This document shows, in pieces, positions 9,938-19,784 of a stretch of DNA of 64,000 nucleotides. A model generated the notes under the pieces. It was not told the DNA's origin. It made no database searches and saw only the letters and a program-made list of their open reading frames with translations. Source of the stretch: Chitinophagaceae bacterium (lineage in GTDB: Bacteria; Bacteroidota; Bacteroidia; Chitinophagales; Chitinophagaceae); contig JBHYCS010000021.1 in NCBI GenBank assembly GCA_051861445.1, forward strand, positions 5,381 to 69,380, given 5' to 3'. Every line of letters starts with the position of its first letter. Positions within the stretch are counted from its first letter, which is position 1. The translations under genes and the position numbers were made by a program.

Positions 9938-10936
9938 TTAAGATGTCATTTTCACAATTAATTCTTTCATTAAGTCGGCATGTTCTGTTCCTGCATCGTT
10001 AATACCAATACTTCGTAAATTGTATTCGTGCAATAAAAGCAATACACGTTCAATACCTTGTTGACCATATACTTTTGCAGATTGAATATAATCTTTTACA
10101 AAAAAGGGCGATAACCCTAAAGTACTTGCAATTATTTTTTCATCGTTGCTTTGAACTCCAAAAACCATATACACTTTGCTGAAATAATTATAGAGTGCAG
10201 GTAAGGTTAATTGTATAGGCGTTGCTTTTGGATTGGCAGCAAAATATTGATTAATCTTAATTGCTTTTGCTAAGTTTTTTTTACCCAATGCATCTTGTAG
10301 CTCAAATACGTTGTATTCCTTACTTACACCAATGTACTTTTCAATATCATCTTCTGTTATCGATTTTCTACCGTTAAGATTTACAGTAAGCTTTTCAATT
10401 TCATTTTGTAATCTACTTAAATCGTTACCTACATGTTCTACCAATAACATCAATGCCTTTTGCTGAATAGATAATCCATGTTTTTGAATCATGGCATTTG
10501 CCCAATCTGGCAATTGATTATCATACAACTTTTTGGTAGTTAAAAGTTCGCCTTTAGTTTTTAAAACTTTGGCAAGCTTTCCTCTTCCATCAATTTTTTT
10601 TTCTTTATGGCTTACAAAAAAAAGTGTAGAAGACAGCGGATTTTCGATATAGCTTTCTAACTTATCTAAATCTTTCATGTGTTGTGCTTCTTTTAACAAC
10701 ACCACCTGATATTCTGCAAACATGGGGTAACGTTTGCAAGCATTTACAACATCTGCCCAGTTAGCATCTCGTCCATAAAAAATAGATAAGTTAAAGCTGG
10801 CTTCGCTTTCAGATAAAATTTTATGCTCTGCATATGTCATTACTTCATCAATAAAGTACGACTCCTCACCTTCTAACCAGTAAACTGGTTTGTAATTTTT
10901 TTTCTGTAAATCTGAAATAATTTTTTCTGCAGACAT
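9938..10936 (-). CDS. holA: DNA polymerase III delta subunit
   Basis: PVYWLEGEESYFID, FNLSIFYGRD, RYPMFAEYQVVLLKEAQ, GNDLSRLQNEIEKL, EYNVFELQDAL. Confidence 0.92.
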   Translation of the reverse strand: MSAEKIISDLQKKNYKPVYWLEGEESYFIDEVMTYAEHKILSESEASFNLSIFYGRDANWADVVNACKRYPMFAEYQVVLLKEAQHMKDLDKLESYIENPLSSTLFFVSHKEKKIDGRGKLAKVLKTKGELLTTKKLYDNQLPDWANAMIQKHGLSIQQKALMLLVEHVGNDLSRLQNEIEKLTVNLNGRKSITEDDIEKYIGVSKEYNVFELQDALGKKNLAKAIKINQYFAANPKATPIQLTLPALYNYFSKVYMVFGVQSNDEKIIASTLGLSPFFVKDYIQSAKVYGQQGIERVLLLLHEYNLRSIGINDAGTEHADLMKELIVKMTS

Positions 10937-10941
10937 AGCTG

Positions 10942-10949
10942 CAAAAGTA
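10942..10949 (-). promoter_or_regulatory. -7 box for holA
   Basis: Minus strand TACTTTTG-CAGCT-ATG. Confidence 0.6.
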
Positions 10950-10980
10950 ATATTTACAATGCTTTAATCTTCAATAAACA

Positions 10981-12825
10981 CTAGTCGTTTTTTAAACGAA
11001 GCACCCACATTTTTTTAGCAGGAATGGCAAATGATTTTCCATATTTTTTGCCACTAACCACATCTTCAGCCACTGTAAAACCATTTGTTCTTTCGGTATA
11101 TTTATTAAAATCAACTGTTTGTTCATTTTCTGCTGTATTCATTACACACATTACCGTTTCTGAATTGGTGTATCTAAAATAAACATACAAACCGTTTTCA
11201 GGCAAATACTGCATCATTTTTCCAGACTTTAAGGCAGCACTGTTTTTTCTAAACATCCCTAGCTTTTTGGTAAGATCTAAAACATCTTTTTCAGCTGTTG
11301 TTAGTCCTTCACCAGTAAATGCATTTTTTTTATCGCCATTCCAACCACCTGCAAAATCTAATCGAACCCAACCATCAGGATTACTTTCACCTTTCATTAA
11401 TATTTCTGTACCATAATATAGTTGCGGAATTCCTCTACAAGTCAACAACCATGTAATTCCCATTTTTTGTTTTTCTACATCTTCTCTTACATAGCTGAAA
11501 AAACGAGTCATATCATGGTTATCGAGAAAAATAACATTACGCATCGGATTTTTGTACACAAAATCTTGGGCTAATGTGGTGTATAATTTATTTACACCAT
11601 CATTCCAACCAAATTTTTCGTTCATGGCAGGTTGAATACCACTAAATAAAGTTTGAAAATCAGTTGCTCCTTGTAAATTACTTTTGAAAGGAATTTGAAT
11701 AGTATTTTCTACAAAATAGCTTTGATTAATAACACCGTTTACCCAAGTTTCACCAAACATAGTTAAAGAAGGATATTCTTTTAGCAAAGCAGCATTGCAC
11801 TTGTTCATAAAAGGCAAATCATTGTATATGTATGTATCAATTCTCCATCCATCTAAAGCAAATTCTTCTACACACCAAATGGCATGTTGAATTAAATAAT
11901 TTACAACATAAGGATTGTTTTGATTTAGGTCTGGCATTTGTGGTGTAAACCAACCATCAACAGTTATTTTACTATCTTTTTTAGAACCATAAGGGTCAAA
12001 AATGGGCTGATCTTTAAAACTTGTACCAGTATATTTTGGCCATTGATGATACCAATCTTTGGTTGGCTGTTCAGTAAACGTAAAATGATAGCTACCAACA
12101 TGGTTGTACACAGCATCTTGAATTAGCTTCATACCTCTTTTGTGAAGTTCATCACTTAGTTTTTTGTAAGCAGACGATCCACCAAATCTTGGCTCAATAG
12201 AATAATGATCGGTAAATGCATAGCCATGTTCTGTTCTATTGGGCATATCGTTTTCTAAAACGGGAGTAAGCCATAATGCTGTTGCACCAAGGCTTTGAAT
12301 ATAGTCTAAATGATTAATAATTCCTTGCAAATCGCCACCATGACGGTGATAAATAGAATCTCTATTCAATGTTTGATCTCTCATGCCTGCAATTCTATCG
12401 TTGGTAACATCTCCATTACTAAATCTGTCAGGCATTAAAAAATATATAAAGTCTTCAGAAGTAACACCTTTTGCAAAATTGGTTCCGTTACCTTTTCTTC
12501 TAGCTTGTAACGACCATTTTACTTTATTTACTTTTCCTTTTTCTATAAACTCAAAATACACATCACCGGGTTTTGTGGAAGCAGCAATAGAAACATCAAC
12601 AGCCATATATTTTCCATTATCTAAACGATGAACTTTCTCTATTTTAACACCAGCATAATTTACACGAACCGTTTGCTGATTAAAAAAGTCTGCATCGCCT
12701 TTTATTAAAAGTTGTACTTTATTCCATTTCATTCCAACCCACCAATTTGTCGGTTGAATTTTAACAGATTGAGCATGTAAAAAAGTAACAACAAAACAAA
12801 GTACTAACAACGAAATATTTTTCAT
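10981..12825 (-). CDS. GH13 neopullulanase/cyclomaltodextrinase (SusA-like), exported
   Basis: Signal peptide, PTNWWVGM N-terminal domain, MPDRFSNGD, DAVYNH, GWRIDTY, FGETW, FLDNHD. Confidence 0.92.
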   Translation of the reverse strand: MKNISLLVLCFVVTFLHAQSVKIQPTNWWVGMKWNKVQLLIKGDADFFNQQTVRVNYAGVKIEKVHRLDNGKYMAVDVSIAASTKPGDVYFEFIEKGKVNKVKWSLQARRKGNGTNFAKGVTSEDFIYFLMPDRFSNGDVTNDRIAGMRDQTLNRDSIYHRHGGDLQGIINHLDYIQSLGATALWLTPVLENDMPNRTEHGYAFTDHYSIEPRFGGSSAYKKLSDELHKRGMKLIQDAVYNHVGSYHFTFTEQPTKDWYHQWPKYTGTSFKDQPIFDPYGSKKDSKITVDGWFTPQMPDLNQNNPYVVNYLIQHAIWCVEEFALDGWRIDTYIYNDLPFMNKCNAALLKEYPSLTMFGETWVNGVINQSYFVENTIQIPFKSNLQGATDFQTLFSGIQPAMNEKFGWNDGVNKLYTTLAQDFVYKNPMRNVIFLDNHDMTRFFSYVREDVEKQKMGITWLLTCRGIPQLYYGTEILMKGESNPDGWVRLDFAGGWNGDKKNAFTGEGLTTAEKDVLDLTKKLGMFRKNSAALKSGKMMQYLPENGLYVYFRYTNSETVMCVMNTAENEQTVDFNKYTERTNGFTVAEDVVSGKKYGKSFAIPAKKMWVLRLKND

Positions 12826-12859
12826 AAGAAAAGAATAAATGATAAAACTGAATTGAAAA

Positions 12860-14233
12860 TTATTTTTTTAAACGTATGTCGGCAACATCGTATACAAAGA
12901 GACAACTAATGGCTGCACAAATCATAAAAAAGCCTGCAAGCACAACTGCATAAATGGGTTGACCATTGTATAAATGCTTTACAATCCAACCACCTAGCAA
13001 TCCATTTATAATTTGAGGAAGTGTAATGAAGAAGTTGAAAATACCCATATAAATTCCCAGTTTACCAGGAGGAATTGAGCCAGATAATATTACATACGGC
13101 ATGGCTAAAATACTTGCCCAAGCAAGCCCTACACCTACCATAGAAAACTTTAACATCTCAGGATCTTTGATAAAATAGATAGAGATTAAGCCAATTCCAC
13201 CAGCTATTAAAGAAAAGGCATGTGTAGCTCTTCTACCAATAAATCTTGCAATTGTAGGAAGCAATAAAGCATATAACATAGCCACAAAATTGTATACGCC
13301 AAATGCTGTACCTACTTTATTGCCAGCTTCATTGTAAGCTACAGATTTACTGTATTCACCCGATAAGCCATACACATGTGTTGCCACAGCATCGGTAGTA
13401 AAAACCCACATACTAAACAGAGCAAACCAAGAAAAAAACTGCACCAATCCCAATTGACGCATGGTTTTTGGCATTTTAAAAAAGTCAGTTATAATTTCAC
13501 TTAAACCTGCTTTTTCAGCTGCTTCGTTTTTACCATGATATTGTTCGTATTCTTTTGGTGGATATTCTTTTGAGAAAAAAATGGTAACCAAAATGGCCAA
13601 CATAAACACAGCAGCACCAATGTAAAAAGCATATTTAATATTGTCTGCAACACCATCTTTTCCAGCATCTAAACTAAATCCGTAATTCTGTAATATTTCT
13701 GGTAAAGCCGACCCTACAACTGCACCTAAACCAATTAAAAAAGTTTGTATAGAAAAGCCCATTGTTCGTTGGCTATCGGGTAAATTATCTGCTACTAAAG
13801 CCCTAAAAGGCTCCATTGCCACATTAAAAGACGCATCCATAATCATTACCATTCCTGCACCAATCCATAAGGCTGGAACAATACCTGCTAAAGAACCTGA
13901 ATTGGGTAAAAACACCAATGCAATAGACGATAAAAGTGCACCTGTAAGAAAATATGGTTTTCTACGACCTAATTTGTTCCAAGTTTTATCGCTATAATGA
14001 CCAATTAATGGTTGAACAATCATACCAACTAAAGGAGCAACAATCCAAAACATGGGTAGTTGTTCAACATCGGCTCCATAAGACCTTAAGATTCTACTTG
14101 TATTTCCGTTTTGTAGAGCAAATCCGAACTGAATTCCTAAAAAGCCAAAACTCATGGTAAAAATTTGTGCAACAGAAAGTTTTGGTTTTGCGGTTGCAGC
14201 TTGTGATGTAAAACTAGATGATGGGGCAGCCAT
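12860..14233 (-). CDS. MFS maltose/sucrose-type transporter (GPH/SLC45-like)
   Basis: SFGFLGIQFGFALQ, QPLIGHYSDKTW, GRRKPYFL, MEPFRALVAD, MGIFNFFITLPQ; about 12 TM helices. Confidence 0.88.
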   Translation of the reverse strand: MAAPSSSFTSQAATAKPKLSVAQIFTMSFGFLGIQFGFALQNGNTSRILRSYGADVEQLPMFWIVAPLVGMIVQPLIGHYSDKTWNKLGRRKPYFLTGALLSSIALVFLPNSGSLAGIVPALWIGAGMVMIMDASFNVAMEPFRALVADNLPDSQRTMGFSIQTFLIGLGAVVGSALPEILQNYGFSLDAGKDGVADNIKYAFYIGAAVFMLAILVTIFFSKEYPPKEYEQYHGKNEAAEKAGLSEIITDFFKMPKTMRQLGLVQFFSWFALFSMWVFTTDAVATHVYGLSGEYSKSVAYNEAGNKVGTAFGVYNFVAMLYALLLPTIARFIGRRATHAFSLIAGGIGLISIYFIKDPEMLKFSMVGVGLAWASILAMPYVILSGSIPPGKLGIYMGIFNFFITLPQIINGLLGGWIVKHLYNGQPIYAVVLAGFFMICAAISCLFVYDVADIRLKK

Positions 14234-14251
14234 AGCAATCGTTTATGTTTA

Positions 14252-14272
14252 AATGTGTAAATTGTACACGTT
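14252..14272. promoter_or_regulatory. Candidate repressor operator (GTGT-N7-ACAC) over the transcription start of the MFS-GH13 operon
   Basis: AATGTGT-AAATTGT-ACACGTT, 6 of 7 arm positions palindromic, adjacent to the -7 box. Confidence 0.5.
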
Positions 14273-14273
14273 A

Positions 14274-14281
14274 CAAAAATA
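14274..14281 (-). promoter_or_regulatory. -7 box for the MFS-GH13 operon
   Basis: Minus strand TATTTTTG, just downstream of the glgC terminator. Confidence 0.55.
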
Positions 14282-14284
14282 GTA

Positions 14285-14313
14285 GAAAAAAACATCCTAA
14301 TAAGTAGGATGTT
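14285..14313 (-). terminator. Intrinsic terminator of glgC
   Basis: AACATCCTA-N5-TAGGATGTT stem with a U-tract on the minus strand. Confidence 0.75.
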
Positions 14314-14325
14314 AGAAAATGTTTT

Positions 14326-15609
14326 TTAGATAACAAAACCGTCTGGCAAAATGGCTCCTTTTTTTACAACCACGATTCCTTCTTTGATTGTGTATAATGG
14401 ATGATCTGTATTTTCTAAATGTTTACCGCCATTAATACGTACATCATTTCCTATACGACAATTTTTATCGATAATGGCATCTTTAATATAACAACGTTCT
14501 CCAATTCCAATTTTAGGAATTCCTTTCTGTACATTTTCATGCATTACCTCTAAGGTTTCGTAATAATCGTTACCCATAATGTAACTACTTACTACAGTTG
14601 TGCCGTAGCCAATTCTAGAACGAATGCCTACAACACAATAATCTAATCGACTAGCATTAATAATTGAACCTTCTGCAATTAATGTTTTTTCAAGAGTTGT
14701 GCCACTAATTTTTGCAGGTGGCAACATTCTTGCCCTTGTGTAAACCACATTGCTATTATCAAATAAATTAAACAATGGTATTTCTTGGGTTAATGCAAGA
14801 TTTGCTTCGTAAAAAGATGCAATATTTCCAATATCAGTCCAATATCCATCGTATTGAAAACTAGCTACTTTATAATTTTTGATAGCATCTGGAATAATTT
14901 CTTTACCAAAATCTGTAGCATTTGGATGATGATCTTTCAACAAAGCATTTAATACAGATTTATTAAAAATATAAATACCCATCGATGCCAAGTAGTTACG
15001 ACCTTGTTGTTGCATATCAGCACCAGTATCACTTACCCACTCACTCAATACATCAAGCTTTGGTTTTTCAATAAATGAAGAGATATAATCTTCTTCGTCT
15101 TTCTTTAAAATACCAAACTCTGTAGCATCATTTGCATGTACAGGAATGGTTGCAATAGAAATATCAGCACCTTTTTGTTTGTGAGCCCCAATCATTTCCA
15201 AAAAATCCATTTGATACAATTGGTCGCCACTTAAAATCAAAATATATTCAAAATCTAAGTTTGAAATATGTCTTAAAGATTGTCTTACAGCGTCTGCTGT
15301 TCCTTGAAACCATCCTGGATTATCAGGCGTTTGTTCTGCAGCCAAAATATCTACAAAGCCTGTACTAAAAGCACTAAAGTGATAAGTATTTTTTATATGC
15401 TTGTTTAAAGAAGCAGAATTGAATTGTGTTAACACAAACATTCTATTAATTCCACTGTTCATACAATTGCTAATGGGAATATCAACCAAGCGATATTTAC
15501 CAGCAACAGGAACAGCAGGTTTTGAACGAGATGCAGTAAGTGGATATAATCTACTGCCAGCTCCACCGCCTAAAATAACTGCAATAACAGATTTACCAAG
15601 AGGTACCAT
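14326..15609 (-). CDS. glgC: Glucose-1-phosphate adenylyltransferase (ADP-glucose pyrophosphorylase)
   Basis: ILGGGAGSRLYPLT, RSKPAVP, TQFNSASLNKHI, WFQGTADAVRQ, LSGDQLY, ASMGIY, DFGKEIIP, YWTDIG. Confidence 0.96.
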   Translation of the reverse strand: MVPLGKSVIAVILGGGAGSRLYPLTASRSKPAVPVAGKYRLVDIPISNCMNSGINRMFVLTQFNSASLNKHIKNTYHFSAFSTGFVDILAAEQTPDNPGWFQGTADAVRQSLRHISNLDFEYILILSGDQLYQMDFLEMIGAHKQKGADISIATIPVHANDATEFGILKKDEEDYISSFIEKPKLDVLSEWVSDTGADMQQQGRNYLASMGIYIFNKSVLNALLKDHHPNATDFGKEIIPDAIKNYKVASFQYDGYWTDIGNIASFYEANLALTQEIPLFNLFDNSNVVYTRARMLPPAKISGTTLEKTLIAEGSIINASRLDYCVVGIRSRIGYGTTVVSSYIMGNDYYETLEVMHENVQKGIPKIGIGERCYIKDAIIDKNCRIGNDVRINGGKHLENTDHPLYTIKEGIVVVKKGAILPDGFVI

Positions 15610-15734
15610 ATAATTAGAAGGTTATAAAATTGAGGCTAATATTAGCAAGCTTTTTTATGAAAGTGTAAGTTAAGAGTAAACATAATATTACCATAATTTT
15701 TTTTCGAAATTTTATATTTCAAATCAAATGTGCA

Positions 15735-17150
15735 TCATTTTAGACTCATGTAAACCTCTTTGTATTGTTGAATAACACTTTCCCAACTATGGTCTATTTG
15801 CATCATAAACTTACGCATCCACTCTAAATGCTTTTTGTCGTCAAAAACAGATATGCCTCTATAAATGGCATGAGCAATGTCTTCAACTGTGGCATTGTTA
15901 AATCGTATTCCAAAACCTTCCCAATCTCCCATATCTACAACAGTATCTTGTAAACCACCAGTGCTTCTAACCATTGGAATAGTACCATAACGTAACGCAT
16001 ACAATTGATTTAATCCACATGGTTCTACCCTACTTGGCATTAATAAAAAATCTGCTGCTGCATATAAACGATGGCTTAATGCTTCGTTATATCCAATAAC
16101 AGATTTATAATCGTTCGGATACATTGCATCTATTTCTGAAAGTTCTTTTTCTATTTGTTTTTCTCCACTACCTAAAATTAAGTAAGAGGCTTTGCCGGCT
16201 TGATGATACAATACATTTTTAAATGCATTAGGTAAAATATCGGCTGCTTTTTCTCCTACCAATCTTCCAATAAACACAAATAATGGCTTTTTAGGATCTA
16301 AGCCAAACTCTTCACAAATAGATTGTTTGTTTTTCTTTTTTCCTGCAGTAACACCTTTTACACTGTATTTATTGGGTAAAAAAGGATCTGTTTGTGGATT
16401 CCAAACTTCGTTATCAATTCCATTCAATATTCCCAAACACTTACCCTTTTCATATTCAAATAAAGGTTCTAATCCATTGCTGTTATACCTCAATTCATTC
16501 ATATAGCTTTGGCTTACGGTAGTAACTTTCCAAGCACATTTAATAGCACTTGCCAATGGATTGATGTTATTTTTCCAATCTAAATCTCCCCATTTATACA
16601 AATCCCAAGAAGGAAAATAATTACTTTTATTCCAGCCCATCCAACCTTGGTATTGAGCATTATGAATAGTAAGCACTGTAGGTATAAATGCAATATGCCT
16701 GTAAGCGTAGCAATTTTTTAGCATAAAAGGAATAAATCCTGCATGATAATCGTGGCAATGAATTATATCGGGTTGATGTTGCCATTTGCTAATCCATTCT
16801 ACCACAGCTATTTGAAAAGCAATAAAACGCTCAGCGTCGTCGTTGTAGCCATATATTTTTTCTCTATCTAACAATCCATTAATATCTACCAAATACAAAT
16901 CGTAGCCAAGTTTGTTATTCTTTTCTTTAATAATGGTGTAGGTAAATATTTGGTTTCCTAAAAAAGCGTTTCCTTTAAAGTCTACTGTAAACTCGTTTTC
17001 TTGCAAAAACTTGGTTTTATACATAGGCATTACCACTTTGGCATAATCACCAGCTTTGCATTGGTATTTGGGTAGTGCACCAACAACATCACCTAATCCT
17101 CCTGCTTTTGCAACAGGATAACACTCAGCACTTACATGAATTATTTCCAT
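15735..17150 (-). CDS. glgA: Glycogen synthase (GT5)
   Basis: AECYPVAKAGGLGDV (KxGGL), IHCHDYH, TIHNAQYQG, GILNGID, PSRVEPCGLNQLYA. Confidence 0.95.
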   Translation of the reverse strand: MEIIHVSAECYPVAKAGGLGDVVGALPKYQCKAGDYAKVVMPMYKTKFLQENEFTVDFKGNAFLGNQIFTYTIIKEKNNKLGYDLYLVDINGLLDREKIYGYNDDAERFIAFQIAVVEWISKWQHQPDIIHCHDYHAGFIPFMLKNCYAYRHIAFIPTVLTIHNAQYQGWMGWNKSNYFPSWDLYKWGDLDWKNNINPLASAIKCAWKVTTVSQSYMNELRYNSNGLEPLFEYEKGKCLGILNGIDNEVWNPQTDPFLPNKYSVKGVTAGKKKNKQSICEEFGLDPKKPLFVFIGRLVGEKAADILPNAFKNVLYHQAGKASYLILGSGEKQIEKELSEIDAMYPNDYKSVIGYNEALSHRLYAAADFLLMPSRVEPCGLNQLYALRYGTIPMVRSTGGLQDTVVDMGDWEGFGIRFNNATVEDIAHAIYRGISVFDDKKHLEWMRKFMMQIDHSWESVIQQYKEVYMSLK

Positions 17151-17279
17151 ACGATTTTGTGGTTTTAAAGGCGGTACAAATTAGTGGTTAATTCTATTTA
17201 TAGCAAATTCTTTATAAAAAAAGAATTTTACAATAAATCCGTTTACTTTGTCGTATACAACAAACAAAAAGCATTGCAT

Positions 17280-18707
17280 ATGAATCAAAAAACTAATTGG
17301 GCTCAATTTATTCCCCTAGCCTCTGTTTTTTTCTTTTGGGGTTTTGTTGCTGCAAGCAACGATATATTAATTCCTGTATTCAAGGAAGCATTTAATTTAA
17401 CGCAAGGTCAGAGCCAATTGGTGTCTGTAGCTTTTTATGTAGCCTATACTGTTGGCTCACTTATTTATATGGGTATTTCTTTAGTTTTAAAAGAAGATTT
17501 AGTAAATAAAATTGGATATAAAAATGGTTTAGCTAGTGGATTAGTATTGTCTGCAATTGGAACATTATTATTTATTCCTGCTGCTAATACGGGTTCATTT
17601 CCATTAATGCTAGCAGGTTTATTTACAGTTGCATTAGGTTTTTCTTTACAGCAAACAGTTGCCAATCCATTAGCAATTGCTTTAGGGCCAATAACAACTG
17701 GATCTCAACGCTTAACAATGGCTGGTGGTATTAATAATTTTGGTACAACAATAGGTCCATTAATTGTAAGCTTTGCCATTTTTGGAAGTACTACTTCTAC
17801 CAATTCAACAATGAGTATTGAAAGTGTAAAAATTCCATATTTAATTTTAGGTGCTGCATTTTTGTTAGTTGCTGTTTTACTAAAATTTTCTTCTTTACCA
17901 AATAAACCAGAAATTGTTGTACAAGACGCCTCTGCAGCAATTACCAATAAAACATCGGCTTTACAATTTCCTCAATTAATTTTAGGTATGATTGGCATTT
18001 TTGTTTATGTAGGTGTTGAAGTTGCTACTGCTAGTAACTTACCTGCTTACATGGAGAAGAATTTGGGTTTTGAAACAAAAGATATTGCACCTTACATTTC
18101 TTTATACTGGGCTAGCTTAATGATAGGCAGATGGACTGGTTCTGTAGAAGCTTTTACTGACAACATGAATAAGCAACAAATTTTTAGATTTATTGCACCC
18201 TATTTAGCATTTGGAGTTTTCTTATTGGTAAATGCCATTGCAAAGCATAATTTACAACCATTTTATGTGTACGCTTTTGTAATTATTGTACTAATTGCAG
18301 CAGATATGGCAAGTAAAGGAAATCCAGCAACAATGTTACTTATTTTTTCTGCACTAGGTATAATAGCCCTTATAATAGGAATGACAACAACTGGTATGGT
18401 TAGTGTGTATGCTTTTACTTCTGTAGGTTTATTTTGTAGCACACTCTGGCCTTGCATTTTTACTTTAGCAATTAGTGGATTAGGAAAGCATACGAGCCAA
18501 GGAAGTAGTTTTTTAATTATGATGATTATGGGTGGAGGAATCATAAGTTGGTTACAAGGAATATTAGCAGATGCTACCACTATTCAAATTAGTTATATTA
18601 CTGGTATTGTATGTTTTGCTTATTTGGCTTTCTATGCAATTAAGGCAAAAAGTATTTTAAAAGCTCAAGGCATTGACTTTGGAAGCACAATAAAAGGTGG
18701 TCATTAA
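17280..18707 (+). CDS. Sugar MFS transporter, FucP/GluP family
   Basis: FFFWGFVAASNDILIP, LQQTVANP, FVYVGVEVA, LWPCIFTLA, MMIMGGGII; ATG 17280 preferred. Confidence 0.85.
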   Translation: MNQKTNWAQFIPLASVFFFWGFVAASNDILIPVFKEAFNLTQGQSQLVSVAFYVAYTVGSLIYMGISLVLKEDLVNKIGYKNGLASGLVLSAIGTLLFIPAANTGSFPLMLAGLFTVALGFSLQQTVANPLAIALGPITTGSQRLTMAGGINNFGTTIGPLIVSFAIFGSTTSTNSTMSIESVKIPYLILGAAFLLVAVLLKFSSLPNKPEIVVQDASAAITNKTSALQFPQLILGMIGIFVYVGVEVATASNLPAYMEKNLGFETKDIAPYISLYWASLMIGRWTGSVEAFTDNMNKQQIFRFIAPYLAFGVFLLVNAIAKHNLQPFYVYAFVIIVLIAADMASKGNPATMLLIFSALGIIALIIGMTTTGMVSVYAFTSVGLFCSTLWPCIFTLAISGLGKHTSQGSSFLIMMIMGGGIISWLQGILADATTIQISYITGIVCFAYLAFYAIKAKSILKAQGIDFGSTIKGGH

Positions 18708-18742
18708 TTTTTTGATTAGCAGATTATAAACAACAACACAAA

Positions 18743-19711
18743 ATGAACACAACTGAAAACAAGAAATTTGCCATTGGAATTGATATTGGTGGCACAAGTA
18801 CAAAATTTGGAATTGTAGACCCAGAAGGAAATATAGTTGAGCAAGATAGAATACCAACTGCAAGCGAAAAGCCCGTTAATATTTTTGTAGATGAACTGTA
18901 CAAAAAATTATACCCAATGATAGAAAGCGTTGGCGGTAACAGTGCCATTGCTGGAATTGGAATGGGTGCACCAAATGGAAATGTGTACACAGGAAATATT
19001 GAATATGCTGCCAATTTACATTGGAAAGGAATTGTGCCAATTGCTCATTTGATATCTGAAAAATTTGATTTAAAAACCACACTAACCAACGATGCAAATG
19101 CTGCTGCTGTTGGAGAAATGATGTATGGTGCTGCAAAAGGAATGAAACATTTTATTACCATTACTTTAGGCACTGGTGTAGGTAGTGGTATTGTGATTGA
19201 TGGAAAAATGGTAGTTGGTCATGATGGTTTTGCTGGTGAATTAGGGCATACAATTGTAAGATACGATGGAAGACTTCACAAATCAACTGGAAGTAAAGGT
19301 TGCCTAGAAGCGTATGCTTCTGCTACAGGCGTAAGACAAACAGCTATAGAATTTTTAGCAGAAAAACCTGACGCCCCAAGTCTTTTACGCAACTTTAAAG
19401 AAGAGGAAATAACTAGCCAAACAGTTTACGAATGTGCTGTACAAGGTGATGCAATTGCAAAAGAAATTTTTGATTTTACTGGAGAAATTTTAGGAGAAGC
19501 CTTGGCTAATTTTATTATGTTTTCTTCACCTCAAGCAATCATTTTATTTGGTGGACTTACCAAAGCAGGAAGCTTTATTATGAACCCAACCAAAGAAGCC
19601 ATGGAGAAAAACTTATACCAAGTATTCAAAAATAAAGTACAATTGGTGTTTAGTAATTTAAAAGAATCTGATGCTGCCATTTTAGGTGCAAGTGCATTGG
19701 TTTGGGAATAA
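18743..19711 (+). CDS. ROK-family sugar kinase (glucokinase/hexosamine kinase)
   Basis: IGIDIGGT, GIGMGAP, NDANAAAVGE, ITLGTGVGSG, AGELGH, GCLEAYAS, DAAILGA. Confidence 0.9.
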   Translation: MNTTENKKFAIGIDIGGTSTKFGIVDPEGNIVEQDRIPTASEKPVNIFVDELYKKLYPMIESVGGNSAIAGIGMGAPNGNVYTGNIEYAANLHWKGIVPIAHLISEKFDLKTTLTNDANAAAVGEMMYGAAKGMKHFITITLGTGVGSGIVIDGKMVVGHDGFAGELGHTIVRYDGRLHKSTGSKGCLEAYASATGVRQTAIEFLAEKPDAPSLLRNFKEEEITSQTVYECAVQGDAIAKEIFDFTGEILGEALANFIMFSSPQAIILFGGLTKAGSFIMNPTKEAMEKNLYQVFKNKVQLVFSNLKESDAAILGASALVWE

Positions 19712-19729
19712 ATTATTAATAATAACAGC

Positions 19730-19774
19730 AAACAAAAACGGCTGAAATAATAATCATTTCAGCCGTTTTTGTTT
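19730..19774. terminator. Bidirectional terminator between convergent ROK and glgB
   Basis: Perfect 19-bp inverted repeat AAACAAAAACGGCTGAAAT-N7-ATTTCAGCCGTTTTTGTTT. Confidence 0.9.
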
Positions 19775-19784
19775 TAATTATACC

